This document shows, piece after piece, positions 37,980 through 49,800 of a stretch of DNA of 64,000 nt (its first letter is position 1; each line of letters begins with the position of its first letter). The stretch is taken from NCBI GenBank assembly GCA_013265495.1, contig MU058824.1:1887111-1951110 (forward strand), in the 5' to 3' direction. The stretch is from Vicugna vicugna. Taxonomy: Eukaryota. The position numbers and the translations under genes were made by a program. The notes below the pieces were generated by a model. It worked only from the letters and a program-made list of their open reading frames with translations, had not been told where the DNA came from and did not search any database.

Positions 37980-38760
37980 AGCCAGGGAGTGGCGGGACGT
38001 GAAGGCAGGCGGGTGTGACTGTCTCCAGCTTCTGCTTGGTCGCCAGGCAGCCTGCCCCAATCACTACGGCGTGTGCGCGCCGGTGTGCGCGCCCGTTCTG
38101 TGTGCGTGTGCGCGCCCCAAGACCAGCTCTGGGGGGCCAGGAGCGCGGCCGGGGAGGTGAGGAAGGAGGGGTGGCCCCTCAAACTCGCTGGGCTCGCGGG
38201 CGGGGCTTGTGTTGGGCTCCTGCCCCGCCCATAGGCCCCGCCCGCCGGGCCTTGGCGGGGAGGAGGCAGCGCGCTGGGCGCGAGGACTCGGCGGGCGGCG
38301 AGGAGCGCGGAGCCGTAGCCGGACGCCGCCGCCGCCGCCACCGCCACCTGCGCGGCCGTCATCAAGGTAGGGCGGCCCGGGACCACCGGCAATGCCTTCC
38401 AGGTCTGCGCTATGTGTGCGCGCTGTGTCCCCCGGCTGCAGCGCCCGGGGAGGAATGCTGGGGCTCGGTGCACCGCAAGGGACCCGGCGGGGCTGGGGGG
38501 ACCTGGCTTCCAGCCCCCCGCGTGACCTTGCACAAAGCACTGCTCCTCCGCAGGCCTCAGTTCCTCATCGGGATAGCAGCCGTAAAGGTGGCCCCTTCCT
38601 AGCCGGGCTGCTCGGTAGGGCAGCCTCAAGCTCCCGGCTCCCGACGGCGGCGGGGCCTGGATGGGCACTGTCTGCACAGCCCACCCGCAGTGAGGGCTGC
38701 TCATGCTGGGTGTGGCGAGCCGGTCCCGACAGTCCCCTCTAGTGGCCTGAGTGCCCCGTG
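37980..38760 (+). promoter_or_regulatory. CORO2A: CpG-island promoter, probably of CORO2A
   Basis: Very GC- and CpG-dense; CCAAT at 38057-38061; GC boxes near 38198, 38223 and 38236. The gene name rests on recalled mammalian gene order (TBC1D2 then CORO2A, same strand), not on coding sequence. Confidence 0.75.
38270..38366 (+). other. CORO2A: Probable non-coding first exon of CORO2A (start approximate)
   Basis: GCC-repeat leader ((GCC)5 at 38325-38339) ending at a good donor, CAAG|gtaggg; no ATG in the exon; no coronin coding exon found later in the window. Confidence 0.6.
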
Positions 38761-40365
38761 GGACCTGTGCCGGGGCTCTTCCCTCTCCTGGCTGAGTAAC
38801 CTGCTGGGCCTTACCTTCCCAGTATGAGAAAGAAGGAGGGGAGACACCCCCGGGTCCCTATGGAGCCCGCCTGGGCATGCAGGGTGGGGCAGTCAGTCTG
38901 CCCGCCAAGTCTCTCTCGCGGTCTGGGGCTGGAGGAGCCCTGGTTTGGAGGTGGATGGGCCCTTGGCCACAGACTTGCCTGGACCAGACCCAGCAGACAC
39001 CTTGATTTAGGGAATGGTGTGGAACATGCGCTTCCTCTTCCCTTCCCCTCCAGGTTCTGGTGCCCAGCTCTGTGCTCCCACCCGGTGTGATAGGAATGAC
39101 TTCTCCATGCAGGCACCGGAGAAGGGCCACAGTGCCAAGAGAGCTGTGTCTGGGTAGGGTTGGGTCTGGGACAGAGCAGGTGTCTGAGAGACTGTGAGTC
39201 CAAGCTCTCTGAGTAAAAAAAGACCTCTGGCATCTGGCCCAGCCCCTTGGTAAGATCCCCTTTAGAAGATCTTGCTGCCCTATTGCATACCGCTTATGAT
39301 GGGAATCTCACTAGCTGTAAGCAGAACTAGAATCTGCTAGTCCTGCTCCATCCCCCACCCCAGGGCAATCATCTGGTGCCTTAAATCAGCTCATCTCAGG
39401 GCTAAACAGCCCCAGATCCGGCACTGTTTCTCCTGTCAGAGCCAAAGGGAGAAAAAGCAAGACAAGGAAGCTGAGGTGTCTGCCCCAGAGCAGGCAGCAG
39501 TTAGCCTGGGGCTTTCTCAGAACCCACCTTCATCAGGACTGGAATGTGTCCCCTGTATGGGTTAGCAGCCGTCTTAGAGGTCTGGAGTGAGAGAAGAGCC
39601 AGGGGACCCCTCTCCAGGCCTTCCAGCCTCTGGGTCCTCTTCCCTGTCTTCTCCTGTCGCCTGCCCTAACTGGGAGTAGTTTCTGAGAATCAAGTCTGGG
39701 CCTTCTGGTCTCTCTTTTACCCCCTCATGACCTGCCCCTCACCCGGGAGCTTCCTCAAAGCCAAAGGAAAGGAGCGGATGCCTGGGCAGATGGTGAGCTC
39801 TGTGTCATTAGAGGTGTGTGTACAGAGGCTTGGATGAGCACTTGCTGGGGGTGAGCTCCCTTTGACTGCAAGTCTGGTACACTAGGGCCGAAGTAGAGTA
39901 GCCATGACCTTGCATTCTGGCCATGATGGAGTTGCACAGAACTTGAAGCTAGACCACAGATGAGTGTTCTTATCCCCTTGTAAAAGCAGACTAAGTATAT
40001 GTGCTTTCACTCGAGTGTAGCTCCATCACACAGGCTTAAGTGCTACCTGTGCCTCCCATCATCTCTACCTGCATATAATCTGGGCTCCATTTTCCTGCTC
40101 TGCTAGTCCAAGCCAATTGGGCCTTGATTTAGGGGTAGGGCAGATTCCAGTTATTAAAAAGTCATCCTATGCCAATAATTTTAAAATGTACCATGGAATT
40201 ATGGAACATCCAAGCTGAAAGGGATCTTAAGAAATCATCTCATCCAACTCCCTCATTTTACAGATAGGTATCCCCTATCCCTGGAGGGCATATGACTTGT
40301 CAAAGGTCACACAGCAAACAAACAACCAAGTCCAGGGATCCTGACTCCAGGACCAATGTGTATGC

Positions 40366-40385
40366 GTGTGTGTGTGTGTGTGTGT
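40366..40385. repeat. (GT)10 microsatellite
   Basis: Read directly from the sequence. Confidence 0.9.
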
Positions 40386-41445
40386 TTGAAAAGCCATACC
40401 ATACAGTAAATGAAAGCAACCTGTGTTTATTCCTATAAAATTAACAAAAATAAATATAAGAGGATAAACCTCTATACTGGCAAAACAGTAGGGATTCTGC
40501 AGTAGCATTTAACTTTACAGGGCAATCTGGCAGCTGGTTACAAAAGTCCATGAAAATGATCCTAACTTCCCTTTGCCCCTAGCCTTCTACTTTGAGGACT
40601 TTACCCCAAGGAAGTAATTACAGAGAGAAATGAGTGTAGTGCTATTATTTACAAGATGTTATCTTATACAGACGAAGCTTTTGGTGTTTTACCTGAGGCT
40701 TAATCAACATTTCATTTGAAAAGTACAGCTTTAAAAATAGTGACACTAAAGCTTCCATTGCCAGAGACTGGCCAGCACAGGAGCAGTGTGGTCCGGAGGA
40801 AAAGCCACAAGGCTCAGGTCAGCAGCTGTAGATTCCCGGATTGGCTCTTCCTCTACCCCACCGTGTGACCTTAGGTCCATCCCTGCCCCTTTCTGGACCT
40901 CATTTCCCTGTCTGTGAAATGGGGTATATTCAGTGATTGCTAAATTTCTTTGAGCTCTGACAACCCACCTTCTAGACTTAAATCCCTGTAACTGAAGCCT
41001 TTATTAGGAGCCATGAACACAGGGTAACCAAAGAACCTTCCAGCCTCCCTCCCTCCCCTATCATTAAATGAATCCCCTTAGAGTCAAGCAGCTAGCTAGC
41101 TACTCTTCTGGGAAAGAGACTTCCCTCAGCCTTGGACCTTTGTTATCTTCAAATGGCCAGAACGTGGATTATTTTAGGAGCTAGTGTGTTTTTGTTTTTA
41201 TCTTTACCAAATATAAGGGGACCGAGATTTTTTAGGAGGATCAGAAAATAATGCAGCAAGATCCTCCATTTCTTATTTTAAGTCTGTAGGCTGTGCCTTG
41301 CCTCTTTCAGAACAGACTGGAGGTGTTTAGCAATCACAGCTATTATGAAGGGCCAGGAGGAGGTGAACAAACATTTACTGGGCACCTACTGTGTTCTAGG
41401 CCTTGAGGTGCCTCCCGAGGGCCTATGGGTGCCATGGGAAACACA

Positions 41446-41526
41446 TTAGATTAAACTATGTGAAATGGTCAGTATCTGGCTGTTTTTGACTTATAAGAAA
41501 TGGCAATTTTATTTTGCTCAGCCTAA
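41446..41526. mobile_element. MADE2-like mariner MITE
   Basis: About 80-bp imperfect palindrome ttagattaaactatgtgaaat...aattttattttgctcagcctaa. Confidence 0.7.
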
Positions 41527-42612
41527 ATGAAAGAAGATATAATTAAAATGCAGTGTGCTCCTTACCATAATTGAGAGATTGGCAGGGTGCGGTGGGGACT
41601 GGGAAAGGTGATTACAAGCTTGGAGAAGTCAAGGTGGAAGGACTTGGGAGTCTCACCGTGAAGAACCCATAACAACAACAATAATAAGCTAACAAGTGTC
41701 TAGTACTTACTACCTGCCTGATTCTGTCCTGTGCTTTGTGTCTTTCGTGTAGTCATCCAGCCTTCCATTTATTAAGCACCTACTTTGCGTCACATTTTTC
41801 TAGGTAGGGGTGGGAGGGCTTGACAGTAAACAAAATAGACAAAAAAAAATCTGTCTTAAAGGAGCTTCCACTCTTAATAGGAGAAAAGACAGAGAGTTAA
41901 CAGTAAGTAAAATAGGTGGTGATAAGTGAGATAGAGCAAATAAAACATAGGATGTTTCAGGCATGTGAGGGGAATGGAAAGAGGTGGTTGTGGTTTTAAA
42001 TAGGATGGTTGGGAGGATCATTGAGAAGGTTACTTTTGGGCAAGGGCTTGAATTAGGTAAGGGAATGAACTGGGCTGATTTCTGGAGGAAGAGCCATCTA
42101 GGTAGAGAGGAGAGCTGGTGCAAAAGCCCTGAGGTAGGCCATGTCTGGCACGTTCAAGGAAGAGCACACTGGGACAGAGTGATGGAGAGGGAAGAGGAGA
42201 CAGGTGAGAGAGGCCATGGGTCAGGCTGTGCACCCCGTCTCATACAACATGAAATGAGTCCTATAAGTTTGTGAGGGAGGTAATATTTGTATGTCTGTTT
42301 TTCAGTTAAAGGAACAGAAATACAGAGAGTTTAAGTACTTGCCGAAACAGTATCTCACAGAGGATCTAGGGCTTTTGGTCAAGTGCAGAGGGAGCCATGG
42401 AAGGCTTTTGAACAAAGCCAGGGCACGGCCACATTTGTGTTAGTGTGCTTCCTCTGGGTGCAGAGAGAAGCTGTGAAAGTGATGAGGTTGGACCCGTGTG
42501 TGAACCATTGAACGTGGGGGCAGAGGATCTGCTGAGCTTGGTACTAGGGGTGAGGTAGTGGTCCAGGCCAGGTGAGCAGGAAGAGGAGGAGGAAGCCAGG
42601 CTGGTCTTGGGG

Positions 42613-43056
42613 TTTTTTTTTTAATTGAAGTATAGTTGATTTACAATGTTATGTTAGCTTCTGGTGTACAGCATAGTGATTCAGTTCTATGTATATATAT
42701 TCTTTTCCATTATTGATCATTATAAGTTATTGAATGTGGTTCCTTGTGCTATACAGTAGGACCTTGTTGTTTTTCTACTTTATATATAGTAGTTTATGTC
42801 TGCTAATCCCAGATTCCTAATTTATCTCTCCCCCTCTTTCCCCTTTGGTAACCATAAGTTTGTTTTCTAGGTCTGAGTCTCTTTCTGTTTTGTAAATAAG
42901 TTCATTTGTATCATTTTTTTAGATTCCACATATAAATGATATCATATGATATTTGTCTGTCTCTGTCTGACTTCACTTAGTATGACAATCTCTAGGTCCA
43001 TCCATGTTGCTACAGACGGCATTATTTCATTTTTTTGTGGCCAAGTAGAATTCCAT

Positions 43057-43104
<48 letters not shown>

Positions 43105-43227
43105 TAACGCATCTTCTTTATTCAGTCATCTGCCGATGGACATTTAGCTTGATTAGATGTCTAGGCTATTGTAAACAGTGCTGCTGTGAACATTAGGGTG
43201 CATGCATCTTTTCAAATTAAGAGTTTT
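42613..43227 (-). mobile_element. 5'-truncated L1 3' end (laurasiatherian type) containing (TA)20
   Basis: ttttaattgaagtatagttgatttacaat...agattccacatat...ggtccatccatgttgc; probable TSD core GTCTTGGG at 42604-42611 and 43228-43235. Confidence 0.88.
43061..43100. repeat. (TA)20 microsatellite
   Basis: Perfect TA run. Confidence 0.95.
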
Positions 43228-44259
43228 GTCTTGGGCTTATTTATTTAACAAATAATAGCACTTCTTATGCTCCAGGTACCATCTAAGATTTTACACCCGT
43301 TGACCCATTCAATCCTCAAAGCAATCTATAGAATAGATACTACTACTTATTATTATTCCCAATTTTAATAGGTGTATTATATGTAAATTATATCTCAATA
43401 AAGTTAATTTACAGAGAAAGTATATTTTTTTCTATTATAAATACTTGATGATAATGGAGAATTTAGAAGAAAGACAGGAAAACAGACAAAATAAATCACT
43501 CACATCTTCTCTTTTAATACCAGATAATCTATATAAATACTGTGGTATATTTACCTTGTCTTTTTCTTTTTTTACTATTATTCCCATTTTACAGATGAGG
43601 ACACTGAGGTCCAAAGCAGTTGAGCAGCTTGCCCAGGGTAATACATTTGGACCCATGTCCTCTGGCTGCATTGTCCAGGGTCTTAATCACTTGGCTATGT
43701 TGCCCATAGGCAAACTCTGGAATGTCAGTTGGTGGGTTCCATTGAGACACCACCCACCCATCTCCCCCCACCCCAGCATGATTTCATTGATAGGGAAAGT
43801 GAGGCCCAGTGAAAGGAAGGCCTTGCTCAGCATTTCTCAGCCATTTGGGAGCAGAGTGTGATGTCTCATTCTAAGAAGAAATAGGGATCTAAGCACTTAT
43901 GCTGGCTGATGAGACAGCTGCTTCCAGCCTGATCTTGAGACCAGAGCTTGCAGGGGGCTGGCAAGTACCATGACCCTGCCCACAAGAAGTGCTGGGCACT
44001 GCGAGGGCAGGCCTATGTTTCCAGAGCCTAAGAGTCTCAGCCCTCCAGCAGACCCTGGTGGGAAGCAGCCAGGGAATGGGGAGGGAGAGTTTGAGACCTT
44101 GCCAAGCCTGCAGGCCCCCTGGGAGTTGTCTCCTGTACTCTGACTGTGCGTTTATTTCTGACTGATGCCAGCAAACTCCTGGGACTGCCTGCTGCCAGGG
44201 TTGCAGCCCTGGCTTCCAATCCTAGCCCGGCCACTGTGTGAGCCTTGGGCAGGGGTAGG

Positions 44260-44277
44260 CCCCCCCCCCCCCCCCCC
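44260..44277. repeat. C18 homopolymer
   Basis: Read directly from the sequence. Confidence 0.9.
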
Positions 44278-46416
44278 GCCACTTGCAAAGTGGCATCATA
44301 ATGGTGACAGCTGCAAGATAAAGGGAGATGGGGATGGAAAGTGCTGGCACAGGGCGTGGCACACAGAAGAGCTCAATAGAGAGCTGGCTACTGCTGCTGC
44401 TCCTAGAACCACCCCAGGGTGCTGGCCCAGGGATTGAGCCTACCCAGCCAGAGCCCTGTCCACAGTGCTCCCCTTCACACCCGGCTTGATCAGTAGGGCC
44501 CTGCCAGTGCAAGAGGAGATGGAAATGAACCTCGGGCAGTGGCTTGGAGTCCAAGATTGCAGACAACAGGAGAGACAGTGGAACAGAAGAGCCTCTGAGG
44601 AGGAAGACTTGACCTGGCCACTGACAGACTCTGTAGGCAAGTCCTGTGCCTTCTTTATGCCCCCTTTTCTCTCCTGGAAAGTGAGTAGAGTGTTTCCTGC
44701 CTTAATAATCATAATGGTCTTCATACCAGCAGCCATCTATTAAGGTTTTACTATACCCTGGGGAGTATAGATGGAGATAAGCCAGACCCACCACTGCCTT
44801 CAAAGGCACACAGCCTGGTGGGGCTCCAGTTCTAATAGGGACACCCCAGAGCCGTGGGCCCTCAAAGAGGGGCATCTGTTGCAGCCAGGGGTGGGGATGG
44901 GAGTTGGGGAGGCTCCCAGGAGGAGGTGATACCTGGGCCGGGTTGTTAGTGGGATTTGGAGTTAGCCAGACTCTGAAGGAGAGAAAAGCGAGGAAGGTCA
45001 TTGGGTAAATTGCCCCATTTCTGTGAGCCTCAGTCTCTTCATCTGTAAAATGGAGATCATAAATACCTGGTTTGCCTAATATATAGGGTGGTTGTGAGTC
45101 TCAAAACTGGATAAAGAGCATGGAAGCGCTTGTGAACTGCAGAATGCCAGGCCCCTGTTCATTGTTGTTTATTGTGCTATCTAGAGTTCCCGGGGGCAGC
45201 ATCTGAGTCTGGAGAAACATCTAGCCTGTTTAGAAAGACCTGCAGTCAAATCCGGCAGGGGCAGACAGCCGCTGTTCACCTCACAGCCCTTGATTTAAGA
45301 GTTCAAGAATATTTCGGCGCTGGGTTGCAACTGGGGTTAGAGGAGGCTCCGAGGGCAGCTATGACCCGATCACAGCCCTGTCCAAGGAAGGAGTGAGTGT
45401 CCATAGAAACCCACCAGGCCAAAAGCCCTGCATTCTGGTACAGGCTGGGCACCCTAGTCAGGCCTCAGGGACCTGACCTGGGGAGGGGGGTGGCGGCTGG
45501 AGGGACCTGCCAGGGGAAGGGATGGAGGATACAGGAGCACCGAGAAGTCACTGGAAAGAAACCAGTCTGTGTAGAGAGAGGTCTGCAAATTTGCATTACC
45601 TGGAAAAGCAAGGAAAAGAGCAAGGTGGGGAATGAGCCTGTTTTGGTTTGAATATGAGGAAAGAATAGATCTACACACATATAAATACAGAAAGATACTC
45701 AGACAGACACACATCCAGCTGGTTGATTATCACTAGATGGCAGAATTTTGTTTTCTTTTGTCTTTTCTATATTTTGAAATTTTATATGTGATAGACATTT
45801 TATTGTTATAAAAATAAATATACATGATACAATAGAATATAGCTAATATAATAATCTGGCCAGTCTGCTGTTACCAGGCTGGAGGGTTAAGGAGGTACCC
45901 ACAGCACGAGGACTTGGGTAAGGCCTGGAGGACATCCTGGATGCTGGCCTTCCAGAACAGTTGAGAGCAGAGTCCAGGGATGGCTTGATGTGGGAGTAAC
46001 ACAAGAGGAGAGGTCTCTGGGGGTCTCTGGAATGAGTCCCAGGACTCTCTTCTTGGGACAAAGACTAGGGGTTTTAGGTGGCTGCAGACACAGTCAGCAT
46101 TATGACCTGACTGTCCAAAGCTAGGAACCTCAGACGACATCAGCAGAAGCATAGAGTCAGATCTAGGAAAGTGAGGGTCCTGCTGGAGCTCAGGCAGCCC
46201 CCTGGGTGGGACTGGGACATCTGGGACAGATTGAGAGGCCACCAGGCTGGGGAGGAGCCTGTGCCTTCAGATACCCGGATGCTTCAGGTTTCCACCTCAG
46301 TGTGCCAGGCCCCGGAAGGCCCTTTGCGCTCAATCATGTGCCTTTTCAGTCTTTGGTCCCTGGGACTCTCATAGACCCTCCTGCCTCTTTGCAAAGAAAG
46401 CAAAGAAACTAAGCTG

Positions 46417-46670
46417 CTGTCCTATTTCATTGAATGCAGGGCACCGCCTGTTGTGAGATACACTGTTACTTTATAATCCACTAAGAAAGAAAAAAGGACT
46501 TTTCTATAAAATATAAAATTATAAAATATATTTTATGTATTTTATATATTTAATTATAAAATATATAGTTCTATTTTAAAAGGCAATTAAAATATAATTA
46601 TAAATTGCATCATAGTTTCAGAGATGTTAAAATGCTAAATAAAAAAACAAAAACTGTGTCTTGGAATCAG
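46417..46670 (-). mobile_element. MER104-like (Tc2) MITE with an AT-rich interior
   Basis: cctatttcattgaat...tttcagagatgttaaaatg...tgtgtcttggaatc. Confidence 0.55.
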
Positions 46671-46704
46671 ACATGTGGCAGGCCCCACCCTAGATTCTTC
46701 GTTT

Positions 46705-46850
46705 ATTCACTCATTTAATCCTTACAGTACCTCATGGCTAGATATTCTTCTCTTTTTGCAGATGAGGAAACAGGAACCCAGAGAAGTTAAGTGACTTGCA
46801 AGGTCACACAGCCAGCAAGAGGTAAAGCTAGGATTTGAACCCTATTCTAA
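46705..46850 (-). mobile_element. MIR SINE (one example of many in the window)
   Basis: cagatgaggaaacagg..cagagaagttaagtgacttgcaaggtcacacagc..ggatttgaaccc MIR core. Others at about 9900, 14810, 16370, 18660, 21880, 27640, 35780, 43580, 52150 and 58400. Confidence 0.75.
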
Positions 46851-49800
46851 CTAGATTCTACTACTTTTTCCTCATCCGACCCCACAAAGACAAGGCCCTT
46901 GAGCTCTGGTCCTTGGGAAAAAGAGAACGTTCATCAGAGTGAACGTACCTCAGTGCAGAAATGCCCCGGTGCACTGGCTGTTAAACGCTGGGTGCTCTGA
47001 GTAACAGGGGGCCTGGAGGAGGGCTGGGGAACTAATGGACAGGATGGGGCTTTGAGAGCTTACTGACTGCATCATTAGTCTTATCCTCGTTATGGCCATT
47101 ACTGGGAGTTAGTTGGCCTGTGGCCCACCCTGGAGAGAAACTGCAGAGGCCTGTCCCACATATACAATCCTAGAGCCTCACCCAGATTGGCCCACTCATT
47201 CATTCCTAAAAAGTTATTTCTCAATTTGATTTTTTGAACGGGATCTTTGTTCATGTGTTGAGCACTTTCTGCATGTGAAACACAGCTCAGTGTTCGGGAT
47301 ACAGAGCAGAGCAAAACCAATAAAGGAGCGGCCCTGCTGAGCTCACAGACAGGAGGAGAGACGGGCAGTAACCGGGGAGTCCTACAAAACCTGGAGGAGA
47401 GGGGACATAAGGAGCATGCAGAGCAGAGAAATGTGCCTAGTCTAGGATCACTGCAGAAGGCTGTTCGAAGGTGGGGGGGGGGGGCTTCTGAGCTGAGATC
47501 TGGAAGATGAGTAGGGAGTAGGTGAGGGTGGAGAGCGGAGCACACTAGACCAGAGGAACAGCCTGTGCAAAGGCCCTGAGGCTGGAGGAAATGGGCTTTT
47601 GAGGAATTAAAAGCACTGAATATCCGCAGCTTTGATCCCTGGGCAAGGTAAGGCTGGATAGGTTGAGTGGGCCAGACCCTTCCGGCCCTGGAGCAATGAC
47701 CATGGAGTGACATACTCAAATTTCCATCATTTGAAAAGATCAGGGACAAGATGGTTGGTGGTTTAGACTAAGTGACCAGATGAGAACAGGTGGTAGCCAT
47801 GGGAATGGACCTATGTGGATGGTTTAAGAGATGTTTGGAGGTGGGGGAAGGTGGGATGAGTGATGGATTGGCAGTGGGTACCAGGAGAAGGAGGCCAGGG
47901 TGACAGGAAGCTGGAGGCATTGAGGGTGTGGTCGGCAAGGAGGGGGTCACACTAATGTGACTTTGGAATTAGGCGGAACAGTTTCATATGATGACAAAGT
48001 GCAGGGTGTGGCTAAGAGAAGGGATGGCTGAAGTGAAGGAAAGGAGGCCATTTGGAGATGAGATGGTCCTTGTACAGAGGGGAAACGGAGGCCAGAGAGG
48101 CCATGGGACTTGTCTGAGGTCACACAGCTAGGAATTAGCGCTCTGGCGTGGTTGTCTGTCCCGTGGGTCCCAGATTTCAGAGGGTAGTTCCTTTCCTGAC
48201 TCTTGCTCTGGAGCTGAGAACATGACACTGCTGAGTTTGCAGCCTGGAAGGGGAGCTGCAGCCAGCTAGGGGATGGACAGGACTGCATGCCGGAAGACTT
48301 CCTGGAAGAGGGAGCATCTAGTCTGAGCCAGGCAGCTGAACATACAGAGTGATGGGGAGGGAGATATTGGCAAAGGAACAAAGAAGCCAAGGGCTGGTGA
48401 TGGGAAGCACGTGGAGCCTGTTTGGGATGCGGTGCACACATCGTCTGGTTTGGCTCAATTTAAAGAGAGAAGAATCAGATACTGGCCCGATACCAAGGGC
48501 AGGGAGGGAGCAGTCTGCCCTGGCAGGGAGGAGAGTTTTATCACTGACATTGTTTGGAATTGCAGGAACATCATGGTAATAAAAAGTCAGACTTTTAGTC
48601 GATTTTACTATTGTTTTGAAATGCTCTATAGAAAATGCGCCCCCTTATTGTCTGCACCCAGACTGACTGCTTACCTCCCTACTGCCTTTGTCCCCCCACT
48701 TCCCCTTCCCAGCAGAGGGAAGAGAGCCACAGAGACAGGAGCAGGATTTCAGCCTGTGCTGCACAAGGCCCAAGATCCATGTCCACAGCTACCCACCACC
48801 TCACCAGGCCAGAGCTGGCACACCCTGCAGACCGCTGGGCTGTGGGGTTCCAAGTCCTGCAGTGTCCAGGGCTCCAGCTGGCTGTCAGAGCAGAATCCTC
48901 AGGCTCTAGGGGCATCCCAGATCTCACCCTCCCAAACAGAACCTTCCAAAGTTATGAGGACAGCAGTAATGCCCTTCAGGGGGTACTTCCCAGCCCACAG
49001 ATGTCTCTGAGACCTCATGGGCACTCAGACAACAGCTGGGTCGATTTAGTCCCACTTCACAGATGAGGAAACTGAGGCTTCAGAGCAACTCTCAGAACCA
49101 GGGCCTGCTGATGATCCCTCATCCCCTGTCCTGATAGCACCTGTAACCTTTGCTGAGATGCACGTCTCCCTGCTGCCCACAGCTACCCTCAGAGCCAGCG
49201 GGTGATCTCACATCCCAGGGGAGGCAGCCCAGAGGGTGAGACATCAGGGACCTGCCTGTAGCCCAGTGAGAGGGCTAGGAAGGGGCTGACTGTGGCCAGG
49301 ACACGGAGGTGTTAACATCAGGACCAGCTACATCCCTTCCCAGGTCCTTGTTTCCTCTCCTGCAAAGTGAGGGTTTAGATTAGATGATCCCTGCCATCCC
49401 TTGCAGCCTGAAAATCCTCTCTGAGGGTCTCCCTGGCCTCCAAGGTGAGGGTTGCAAGACACTGTTGGGGTATAGGAAAAAATATTATCCAAACAAGGGA
49501 ATAACTCAGGTTTGCTCACATTTGCCACGTGTAGGCACACTGATACCGTCTGCAGTCAGTCAGGGGGTCAAGCAGCCTCATGTCTCGTGTCTCTAGAAGT
49601 CTCTGGGAAAGAGGTGGCAAGGACACCCTACTCTTTGCTTCATTTTAGGCAGGTTATCCCTATTAATTAACCTGGTCGTTAATCTAGGTTAATCCAGGGT
49701 AATTAAACCAGATTGAATTTATGGATTATATTAACTGGTTTTAACAAAACTAACTCTCACAAAACGGACAAGTGGTTTCAAAAGATTGCTACCAGAATGC

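Noticed and set aside
37931..38742. ORFs of 116-257 aa across the CpG island
   Set aside because: Stop-codon depletion in very GC-rich sequence; Arg/Ala/Gly/Pro-rich with no homology I recognise
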